Position numbers and translations under genes: made by a program. The notes beneath the pieces were generated by a model, which saw only the letters and a program-made list of their open reading frames with translations, ran no database searches and was not told the DNA's origin. Shown one piece after another: positions 56,665-64,000 of a stretch of 64,000 nucleotides of DNA. Numbering within the stretch: position 1 is the first letter of the stretch; each line of letters starts with the position of its first letter. The stretch comes from Nitrososphaerota archaeon. Lineage in GTDB: Archaea > Thermoproteota > Nitrososphaeria_A > Caldarchaeales > Calditenuaceae. The DNA is taken from contig JAVQSZ010000006.1 of assembly GCA_033581555.1 (NCBI GenBank), positions 55,415 to 119,414 on the forward strand, written 5' to 3'.

Positions 56665-56939
56665 TCAAGAGGGGCGGGTACGTCGTCTGGACGCAATACT
56701 TCAACAGGGAGCTGAGCAGGTCGGAGGGTCGCAGGGTCCCCGCAAGGCTCGCGAGGAAGAACCCGACGCAGGACGACGTCCTGAAGGCCGCGGCGTCGCT
56801 GGGCTGGGAGGCCGAGAAGCTCGACCTCAGGCACCCGACGTTCTGGTGGAAGCCGGGGTCTGCGGTCCTCGTGAAGCCCCCGAAGGGCGTGAGGAAGGGC
56901 GAGGTCCTCCTGCGGCTCGCGGAGAGGATGAAGGGGTGA
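56661..56939 (+). CDS. srp19: Signal recognition particle protein SRP19
   Basis: VVWTQYFNRELSRSEGRRVP, HP..WW..G. Confidence 0.9.
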   Translation: MIKRGGYVVWTQYFNRELSRSEGRRVPARLARKNPTQDDVLKAAASLGWEAEKLDLRHPTFWWKPGSAVLVKPPKGVRKGEVLLRLAERMKG

Positions 56940-57184
56940 ACAGAGAGAGGGTCGTGACGCTGGGCGAGGTCGTCCGCCGCCTGAAGGACTCGGTCATCCT
57001 GAGGGCGAGGGAGGTCCCGGATGTCGGGGCGCCGGTCTACGCTGAGGGGCATGGAAGGGTCGGGTACGTCTCGAACGTCTTCGGCCGGAAGGAGAAACCC
57101 TACGTCGAGGTCAGGCTCGAGTCCGGCGCGGCCAAGCTGGGGAAGCTCTACGTGATCGTGAGGACCAGGCAGGGCAAAGGCTAA
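56936..57184 (+). CDS. gar1: H/ACA RNP protein Gar1
   Basis: LGEVV, VPDVGAPVY..GRVGYVSNVFG..KPYV; GTG overlaps the srp19 stop. Confidence 0.8.
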   Translation: MNRERVVTLGEVVRRLKDSVILRAREVPDVGAPVYAEGHGRVGYVSNVFGRKEKPYVEVRLESGAAKLGKLYVIVRTRQGKG

Positions 57185-57227
57185 AGCTCGAGGACGGACA
57201 GTAGCGGTCCGGTGGAGGTGAAGGGCG

Positions 57228-58919
57228 CTCGCGAAGTGGATCGTCTGCGGGGCCTGGCCCTACATCAACTCGGTCCCCCACCTGGGGACGCTGATAGGCT
57301 CAGAGCTCTCTGCTGACGTATTCGCGAGGTATATGCGGTCCAGGGGAGACCAGGTGCTCTTCGTGAGCGGCTCCGACGAGCACGGCACGCCTATCGAGCT
57401 CCAGGCGGTGAAGGAGGGCATCTCCCCGCAGGAGATGACCGACAGAATGCACGACCTCGTGAAGGACCTCTTCGGGAGGTTCAGGATCTCCTTCGACAAC
57501 TACTCGAGGACGCACTCGAGGCACCACATCGAGTTCGTCCAGAGGTTCTTCTCGGAGCTCTACGATAGGGGTTACGTCTTCAGGGAGTCGGTCCAGCAGC
57601 TCTATTGTCCGTCGTGCAGGATCTTCCTCCCCGACAGGTTCGTGACCGGGAAGTGCCCCCACTGCGGCTACGAGAGGGCGAGGGGCGACCAGTGCGAGCG
57701 GTGCGGGAGGGTCCTCGACCCGATGAACCTCCTCGAGCCAAGGTGCTCGATATGCGGCTCCGAGCCTACGGTCAGGTCCACAGACCACTGGTTCCTCGAC
57801 CTGCCGACGCTGGAGGAGAGGGTCAAGTCGTGGTTCCTCTCGAACCCCAGGTTCCCAGACCCGGTCAGGAACTTCACGCTGAGCTGGCTCGCGGAGGGCC
57901 TGAAGCCCAGGTCTGTAACGAGGGACAACAGGTGGGGGATACCGGCTCCTTTCCCGGGGGCGGAGGGGAAGACGATCTACGTCTGGTTCGAGGCGGTCCT
58001 CGGGTACATCACGGCCAGCATCGAGTGGGCCGAGCTCGCCGGCGACAGGGAGAAGTGGAGGGAGTTCTGGTACGACAGGGAGGCGAGGAGCGTCTACTTC
58101 ATCGGGAAGGACAACATCCCCTTCCACACGATCATCCTCCCCGCGCTCCTCATCGCCTATGACGACCGGCTCAACCTCCCCTGGAACGTCCTCGCGACCG
58201 AGTATCTCACGTACGAGGGCCAGAAGTTCTCGAAGAGCGCCGGCGTCGGAGTCTGGCTCGACGAGGCCCTCGAGATCCTCGACCCCGACTACTGGAGGTT
58301 TTACCTGATCAGGATCAGGCCCGAGACCGCCGACTCCAACTTCTCCGCGGCCCACTTCAGGGACGTGATAAACGACGAGCTGAACGACGTCCTCGGTAAC
58401 TTCGTCCACAGGGTCCTGAGCTTCCTCGCCAGGTACTACTCGAGGAGGGTGCCCGGGCCGGGGCCGCTCGACGCGGAGGGCGAGGAGCTGCTGAGGGCGG
58501 TCTCGGACTTCGCGGGGAGGTTCGGGGAGGAGATGGAGAGGAACAGCTTCAGGTCCTCGGTCGGGCTGCTGCTGGAGCTCGCGAGGCGAGGCAACGTGTA
58601 CATCAGTTCGAGGGAGCCGTGGACGGCGGTCAGGAGGGATCCGGCCCGCGCGGCCTCGACGCTCTACGTAGCGGCGCAGCTCGCCTACGCGGCCTCCGTT
58701 CTCCTCTGGCCGATCGCGCCCGCGGCCTCGGAGCAGCTGCGGCTCACCTTCAGGGTCCCGGAGGAGAGGTGGACCGTGAGGGCTCTCCTGGACGGGGGAA
58801 GGCTCGAGCCGGGGCACGAGATCGGAGAGCCGACGCCCCCGTTCAGCAGGATGCCCGAAGGCATCGTGGCGGCGCTGAGGAGCAGGGGAAGGACCGCGGC
58901 CCCGACGACCCCTGTGTAG
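57228..58919 (+). CDS. metG: Methionyl-tRNA synthetase (true start lies upstream of the ORF-track start; no canonical start codon)
   Basis: In-frame AKWIVCGAWPYINSVPHLGT (HIGH-type motif) upstream of 57333; SGSDEHG, zinc knuckles, YVWFEA, FIGKDNIPFH, KFSKS. Confidence 0.93.
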   Translation, partial: LAKWIVCGAWPYINSVPHLGTLIGSELSADVFARYMRSRGDQVLFVSGSDEHGTPIELQAVKEGISPQEMTDRMHDLVKDLFGRFRISFDNYSRTHSRHHIEFVQRFFSELYDRGYVFRESVQQLYCPSCRIFLPDRFVTGKCPHCGYERARGDQCERCGRVLDPMNLLEPRCSICGSEPTVRSTDHWFLDLPTLEERVKSWFLSNPRFPDPVRNFTLSWLAEGLKPRSVTRDNRWGIPAPFPGAEGKTIYVWFEAVLGYITASIEWAELAGDREKWREFWYDREARSVYFIGKDNIPFHTIILPALLIAYDDRLNLPWNVLATEYLTYEGQKFSKSAGVGVWLDEALEILDPDYWRFYLIRIRPETADSNFSAAHFRDVINDELNDVLGNFVHRVLSFLARYYSRRVPGPGPLDAEGEELLRAVSDFAGRFGEEMERNSFRSSVGLLLELARRGNVYISSREPWTAVRRDPARAASTLYVAAQLAYAASVLLWPIAPAASEQLRLTFRVPEERWTVRALLDGGRLEPGHEIGEPTPPFSRMPEGIVAALRSRGRTAAPTTPV

Positions 58920-58959
58920 CCGCGATCGCTATATTACCGGGAGGAGAAGGGGTCGCGCG

Positions 58960-59568
58960 ATGAAGAGGTACGAGCTCCCCCAGTTGCCCTATGCGTACAA
59001 CGCACTCGAGCCCTACATCATTGAGGAGATAATGAGGCTGCACCACACGAAGCATCACCAGGCCTACGTCAACGGGGCTAACGCTGCCCTCGAGAAGATC
59101 GAGAAGCACGCTAAGGGCGAGGCTCAGGTCGACGTCAGGGCCGTGCTGAGGGACCTGAGCTTCAACCTCGACGGACACAAGCTCCACTCGATTTTCTGGC
59201 CCAACATGGCTCCTGCGGGGAAGGGAGGCGGGAAGCCCGGGGGCGCGGTCGCCGACAAGATCGACCTGCAGTTCGGGAGCTTTGAAAACTTCAAGAGGCT
59301 GTTCAGCGACGCGGCCAAGACCGTGGAGGGAGTCGGCTGGGCCCTACTCCTCTACGACCCGGAGATCGACGCGCTCGTCCTGACCCAGATCGAGAAACAG
59401 AACCTGATGCACCTCGCGGAGCTGCCGATCCTCCTCTCCCTCGACGTCTGGGAGCACGCCTACTATCTCCAGTACAAGAACGACAGGGCCTCCTACGTCG
59501 ACAACTGGTGGAACGTCGTGAACTGGGACGACGTCGAGAGGAGGCTCTCGAAGGTCAGGAGCAGGTAG
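58960..59568 (+). CDS. sod: Fe/Mn superoxide dismutase
   Basis: LPYAYNALEP, HHTKHHQAYV, HSIFW, DVWEHAYYLQY. Confidence 0.97.
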   Translation: MKRYELPQLPYAYNALEPYIIEEIMRLHHTKHHQAYVNGANAALEKIEKHAKGEAQVDVRAVLRDLSFNLDGHKLHSIFWPNMAPAGKGGGKPGGAVADKIDLQFGSFENFKRLFSDAAKTVEGVGWALLLYDPEIDALVLTQIEKQNLMHLAELPILLSLDVWEHAYYLQYKNDRASYVDNWWNVVNWDDVERRLSKVRSR

Positions 59569-59579
59569 AACTGGAGGAG

Positions 59580-60080
59580 TTACCCGTACATCGGAGCGCT
59601 GGTCCTCTCTTCCGCGGGCTTCGCGGCCCTCAGCAGTAGCTCGAAGAGCCCGGTCACCGTCCTCTGGGCTGTGGCCAGGACCCTCGCGGCCTCGCTGATC
59701 GTGACCATCCCGAGCAGCTTCCCCTCTTTGTCGACCACGGGCAGCCTCCTGAACCCGTTGCTCACCATCAGCATCACCGCGTCCTCCAGGGGAGTCTCGG
59801 GGGAGACTGCGATGACCGGGTAGGACATCACGTCCCTGACCCTCGTGTTCGAGTGGTCGAGCCCTGTGGCCAGCACCCTCACGACCAGGTCCCTCTCGGT
59901 CACGATGCCGACCAGCTTCCCCTCCGACTCCACCAGGAGGCTACCGACCCCTAGCCTGTCCATCATCATCGCCGCCTCCCGTACCGTCTGGCCCCCGTCG
60001 ATCACGTTGCCAACTCTGAGGAGCACGTCCCTGACCGTGAGTCTGGGCACGTGGACGCCCTCGGTCCCCACATCAACCAC
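59580..60080 (-). CDS. CBS domain pair protein
   Basis: LVGIVTERDL, VRDVMS.PV, RRLPVVD. Confidence 0.9.
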   Translation of the reverse strand: MVDVGTEGVHVPRLTVRDVLLRVGNVIDGGQTVREAAMMMDRLGVGSLLVESEGKLVGIVTERDLVVRVLATGLDHSNTRVRDVMSYPVIAVSPETPLEDAVMLMVSNGFRRLPVVDKEGKLLGMVTISEAARVLATAQRTVTGLFELLLRAAKPAEERTSAPMYG

Positions 60081-61092
60081 CTATCGTGTACATCGCCCTG
60101 ACGTGCTCCGGCACCGACTCGGACCTGAGCAGCGCCTCGACCCCCGCAAACTTTCTCCTGAAGGCCTCCCGGATGAAGGAGGCGATCTCCCCGTCGGAGG
60201 CCCCGCCCCTCAGGAGCGGCCTGACGTCGTAGCTGGACTTGCTGAAGAGGCAGGGGACGACTCTGCCGTCCGCAGTGAGCCTGACCCTGTCGCAGTCGGA
60301 GCAGAAGGGCTCCGTGATGGAGGTGATGACCCCGATGCCGCCCGGAGAGCCGTCGGCGAACCTGTAGTTCTTGGAGGTGGACCCGGGCTCCCTCGGCTCT
60401 TGGACCAGAGGGTAGGCCCTCGAGATGGCCTCGACGACCTCCCTCCCGCTCACGACCAGCTCGGGCCTCCAGAGCCTCTCGCCGTCGAAGGGCATGTACT
60501 CGATGAACCTGACAACGACGCCGGTCTCCCTCGAGAGCTTCGCGAAGTCGAGCAGCTCGTCGTCGTTGCACCCCCTGATCACCACGACGTTCAGCTTCAC
60601 CCTCATGCCGACCTCGAGGGCCCTCCGGACCCCCTCGACCACCTTGTCGAAGACCCCCCGGACGCCTATCACCTCCTCGTACCTCTCGGGCTTGAGGCTG
60701 TGGAGGCTCACCGTCACGCTCTCGAGGCCCGCAGACTTGAGCTGCTCCGCGAGCTCCGCCAGGTAGTAACCGTTAGTGGTCATCGCGAGGCTCCTCAACC
60801 CCTCTATCCCCCTCAGCATCCTCACGAGGTCCACGACGCCCCTCCTCACCAGCGGCTCGCCCCCCGTGAGCCGGACCCTGTCGACGCCCATCCGGACGAA
60901 GATCCTTGTCAGCCTCGCGATCTCCTCGAGCGTGAGGACCTCCCTCCTGTCGAGCCAGACTGGGTTCTTGGGCATGCAGAAGGAGCACCTGAAGTTGCAC
61001 CTATCGGTCACCGAGATCCTCAGCTTCCTGGCGACCCTGCCGAACGAGTCGACGAGCGGGCCGTACTCCCCCAACTCGGCACCCAGCTTCAC
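60073..61092 (-). CDS. moaA: GTP 3',8-cyclase MoaA
   Basis: LRISVTDRCNFRCSFCM, RLTGGEP, PFCSDCDRVR..CL, C-terminal IGG. Confidence 0.95.
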   Translation of the reverse strand: MKLGAELGEYGPLVDSFGRVARKLRISVTDRCNFRCSFCMPKNPVWLDRREVLTLEEIARLTRIFVRMGVDRVRLTGGEPLVRRGVVDLVRMLRGIEGLRSLAMTTNGYYLAELAEQLKSAGLESVTVSLHSLKPERYEEVIGVRGVFDKVVEGVRRALEVGMRVKLNVVVIRGCNDDELLDFAKLSRETGVVVRFIEYMPFDGERLWRPELVVSGREVVEAISRAYPLVQEPREPGSTSKNYRFADGSPGGIGVITSITEPFCSDCDRVRLTADGRVVPCLFSKSSYDVRPLLRGGASDGEIASFIREAFRRKFAGVEALLRSESVPEHVRAMYTIGG

Positions 61093-61152
61093 GCCTGTTG
61101 CTCCGGTAAAAAACGCTCCGCACCGACCGGCCGTCGGGCCTACGTACGACCC

Positions 61153-61746
61153 TCAGACCCTCTGGAGGAGCCTCAAGACCTCTCTCAACACATCCTCCCT
61201 AACTGAGTCTAAGTCCCTCCGGGCGTCTACCAGCACAAGCCTCCCTTCGTCGCAGAGCGCGAGATACACCCTCCTAACCACCTCGAGGACCTCGGGCCTC
61301 TCGAATTTCGTCCTTCCGGCTCCGCCCTTCCTCCTCAGGCCGGTCTCCGGGTCGACGTCGAGGTAGACCGCGAGGTCCGGATCCCCCGCGAACCTGTTCA
61401 GCTCCTCGACCCAGGCCCTGTCGCCGGTCATCGCGCCCTGGTAGGCGATCGAGGAGTGGACGTACCTGTCCGAGACGACGACGTAGCCCTGGCGCAGCAG
61501 CGGCTCGATCGTGTGGTTGAGGTGGTAGAGCCTGTCGGCCGCGAAGAGGAGGGCGTCGATCCGCGGATCGCCGGAGTCGCCGAGCGCGCCGGCCCTCAGG
61601 AGCTGCCCTATCGGGCCGTCGGTCGGCTCCCTCGTGTAGACGGACCCGTACCCCGTCTCCCTCAGGCGGTCGACGAGCCAGGTCGCCACGGCGGTCTTCC
61701 CGGCGCCGTCGATCCCCTCGATCGCGATCAGCGCTCCTCTTTTCAT
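61153..61746 (-). CDS. tmk: Thymidylate kinase
   Basis: EGIDGAGKT, TREP, LLFAADR, SDRY..SSIAYQG. Confidence 0.95.
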   Translation of the reverse strand: MKRGALIAIEGIDGAGKTAVATWLVDRLRETGYGSVYTREPTDGPIGQLLRAGALGDSGDPRIDALLFAADRLYHLNHTIEPLLRQGYVVVSDRYVHSSIAYQGAMTGDRAWVEELNRFAGDPDLAVYLDVDPETGLRRKGGAGRTKFERPEVLEVVRRVYLALCDEGRLVLVDARRDLDSVREDVLREVLRLLQRV

Positions 61747-61794
61747 CTCGTTACTGCTAGACCCTGGCGGAATTGAGGATATCGACGCGTCAGC

Positions 61795-62628
61795 TCACCT
61801 CGAGAGGAAACCTATCACGGCCGCGTTGAAGTCGTCGGGCCTCTCCTCTTGGACCAAGTGCCCCGCGTCTCGGACCAGCACCACCTCGGCACCGATCCTC
61901 CCCGCGAGCTCGAGGTTTCCCTCGCAGGGAACTAAGCTGTCCCGCTCCCCTAGCACGAAGAGCGTGGGGACCTTCAGGGACTCCAGCGCCGCCGGGTCGA
62001 AGCCCCTGATGACATCGAACGCGTCCAGCAGGGTTCTCCCCGAACCCTTTATCGACATGTAGTACCCCGTGACCGTCTCGTCATTCACGACCTCTTTGAC
62101 CCAGACAGCGCCGCTCAGAACACGCTTCACGACGTACCTGTTGATCAGCAGCGCCCTCAGCAGCGACGAGACTGGACGCCTTCTGGCTGCGCGCCCCAGG
62201 AGGCTCGCCCACTTCGGTCCTCTGACCCCGAAGGCCGGGTTGACCAGCACCAACTTGCTCACCGTTTCCGGTCGCGTGAGGGCGACTTGAGCCGCGATAA
62301 CCCCGCCCATCGAGAGCCCTACAGTGGAGAACCGCTCGATCCCCAAGGCCTCGGCGAACCTCAGGAGGTGCTCGGTGACCCGTGAGAGCTCGTACCCGGA
62401 CTCGAGCCTTTCGGAGAGGCCGAAGCCCGGCAGGTCCACGGCTATCACCCTGAACCGCTCCGCTAGCGCGCTGTAGTTCCTCCTCCACGTGAACGACGAC
62501 GAGGCCCATCCGTGCAGGAGCATTAAGGGGCTCCCCTCACCGAGGTCCACGTAGAACGTCCTGACCCCGCCGACATCGATCGACTTGCCGAGGCCCACGT
62601 GCTCCCTCCACTCACTGTCTCGCGCCAC
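61795..62628 (-). CDS. Alpha/beta hydrolase
   Basis: LLHGW, DLPGFG, GLSMGG nucleophile elbow, AGHLVQEERP. Confidence 0.92.
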   Translation of the reverse strand: MARDSEWREHVGLGKSIDVGGVRTFYVDLGEGSPLMLLHGWASSSFTWRRNYSALAERFRVIAVDLPGFGLSERLESGYELSRVTEHLLRFAEALGIERFSTVGLSMGGVIAAQVALTRPETVSKLVLVNPAFGVRGPKWASLLGRAARRRPVSSLLRALLINRYVVKRVLSGAVWVKEVVNDETVTGYYMSIKGSGRTLLDAFDVIRGFDPAALESLKVPTLFVLGERDSLVPCEGNLELAGRIGAEVVLVRDAGHLVQEERPDDFNAAVIGFLSR

Positions 62629-62763
62629 GGCTTCCCGCGAGGCGAGTGCACGGGCTCAGATAAAAGCCGAGGCGATTCCGGATACGCCGGATTGCCGGAG
62701 AGAGGTCAGACCTTCGTAGGTAACTCCGCTCCCGGTCGGAGGCCCGACTTTGAGGCGTACCTC

Positions 62764-63378
62764 TTGACCGTCTACGAGGACGTGAAGGGCGCGATCAAGG
62801 CGAGGCTGGCCGAGTTCAAGTCAGTAGACAGGGGTGACGCCGCGAGGCTCTTCGAGGAGCTCGCCTTCTGTGTCCTCGCTCCACAGTCTAGGGCCTCCAG
62901 CGCCCTTGCAGCCGTCGAGGAGCTCAGGTCGAAAGGGCTTTTGCTGAAGGGGAGCAGGAAATCCATCGCGGAGGTGCTGAGGAGGAACGGGGTCAGGTTC
63001 CACAACGCGAAGGCGTGGTACCTGACGAAGGACAGGTCCCTGCTCTCCGGAGAACCTCCGAGGATCGTCGAGGTGCTGACGCTGCCCCCCGTCGAGGCGC
63101 GGGAGGTCCTCGTCGATGAGGCGTGGGGCATAGGACTCAAGGAGGCCTCGCACCTCCTTAGGAACGTGGGGTTCGAGGGACTCGCCGTGCTCGACCGACA
63201 CATACTGAAGTGGATGGTCCTCGCTGGTAGGCTGGTGTCGGTTCCGAGGACCATGACCAGAAGGAGATACCTCGAGCTCGAGAGGGAGTTCCTCCTTTGG
63301 GCTGAAGACTTGGGGATTAGACCCGAGGCCCTTGACCTTTTGCTCTGGTACGTCCAGACCGGAGAGATTCTGAAGTGA
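62764..63378 (+). CDS. ogg: 8-oxoguanine DNA glycosylase/AP lyase (Ogg2-type); start uncertain
   Basis: ELAFCVL, GVRFHN.KA, GIGLKEASHLLRNVG, AVLDRHIL, LDLLLWY..TGEILK. Confidence 0.9.
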   Translation: MTVYEDVKGAIKARLAEFKSVDRGDAARLFEELAFCVLAPQSRASSALAAVEELRSKGLLLKGSRKSIAEVLRRNGVRFHNAKAWYLTKDRSLLSGEPPRIVEVLTLPPVEAREVLVDEAWGIGLKEASHLLRNVGFEGLAVLDRHILKWMVLAGRLVSVPRTMTRRRYLELEREFLLWAEDLGIRPEALDLLLWYVQTGEILK

Positions 63379-63471
63379 AGGACGGCTGATTTACCGTCGA
63401 TAACGCGCTAGTGTCTCTAGCTTTACACAATTTCAGTAAGACGAAGTTTTTGGAAGAGATCCCTTCTGGTT

Positions 63472-63558
63472 CGCCGGGGGCGGGATTTGAACCCGCGCGG
63501 GCCTCATCGGCCCAGTGGCTTAGCAGGCCACCCCCCTACCGGGCTAGGGCACCCCGGC
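63472..63558 (-). tRNA. tRNA-Ser(GCT)
   Basis: Reverse complement GCCGGGG..GTGGC-CT-GCT-AA-GCCAC, long variable arm GGGCC..GGCCC, GCGGG-TTCAAAT-CCCGC, CCCCGGC-G. Confidence 0.95.
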
Positions 63559-63628
63559 TCGTCCTCAGCGACTCTAGCACCGCGCCACTATATGAACGGT
63601 AGGACCAAGCAGCGAGTCGCCTGGACCC

Positions 63629-64000
63629 TCATTCAGCTCGCTGCGCGTGGATTTCCCTGAGCTCCTGGACAACTCTCTCGAGTCTGTTCACCTTGTGGAC
63701 CAGGACCGCGATCAGCGCGATCAGGCTGTAGCCGCCCTCGGTCCTCACGGCCTCCGGGAGCTCGTCCTCGAGGAACCCGATCAGGGTCTTCCCGCCGATC
63801 TCATAACGCTTCGGCTCCGGCAGCGTGACCTCGAGATCACGCTCCTCCAGGGCCCTCACGTTCCGCTTCGCGCCACGCCTCGAGACGACCGTCAGCTCGG
63901 CCGTGACCACCTCGAGCGGAAAGTCCTGAGCGTCGCCGATCGAGACGCGCCCCTCGCTGTCGAGCTTGATCACGCGTGCCCTGGCCTCTAGCTCCCTCAG
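63629..64000 (-). CDS. C-terminal part of a protein with a tail-fibre intramolecular chaperone (peptidase S74-like) domain; 5' end outside window
   Basis: Frame open to the edge; S-RRGA-K-RNV (S-x4-K), P.RY, IGFLEDELPEAV, Y..LIAVLV..VNRLE coiled coil. Confidence 0.6.
   Translation of the reverse strand: MRELEARARVIKLDSEGRVSIGDAQDFPLEVVTAELTVVSRRGAKRNVRALEERDLEVTLPEPKRYEIGGKTLIGFLEDELPEAVRTEGGYSLIALIAVLVHKVNRLERVVQELREIHAQRAE

Overview
GC-rich, gene-dense archaeal chromosome segment. Markers (eS8, SRP19, Gar1, aEF-1beta, Rpp21, Sec61beta, Dph6, Rio1, a CdvB/ESCRT-III paralogue together with an intact-looking FtsZ, an intron-containing tRNA) point to a TACK archaeon, plausibly Aigarchaeota/Caldarchaeales (inference only). 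Content is mostly housekeeping and heterotrophic/aerobic metabolism: two complete branched-chain amino acid (liv) ABC operons, Sco, SOD, peroxiredoxin, fumarase, malic enzyme, M1 peptidase, MoaA, MetRS. There are two tRNAs: Arg-TCG with a 23-nt intron, and Ser-GCT. Two real small genes are missing from the ORF track (lysW, sec61beta). I saw no rRNA, CRISPR array or transposase. Most notable: (1) metG has no ATG/GTG/TTG between an in-frame stop and its HIGH-type motif, and a CTC codon sits at the expected start behind a strong Shine-Dalgarno; (2) a cdrS-like RHH gene coupled to ftsZ in a genome that also has CdvB; (3) a 4xCBS + HPF-like candidate ribosome hibernation factor; (4) an acidic L35Ae-like protein; (5) a padR-ino1 pair with a perfect palindrome at the ino1 start; (6) a frameshifted archaeal ATPase with a 40-bp double palindrome on its start codon; (7) a tail-fibre chaperone (S74-like) domain next to tRNA-Ser at the window edge, possibly a provirus boundary. 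All assignments come from motif recognition by eye, with no database searches.
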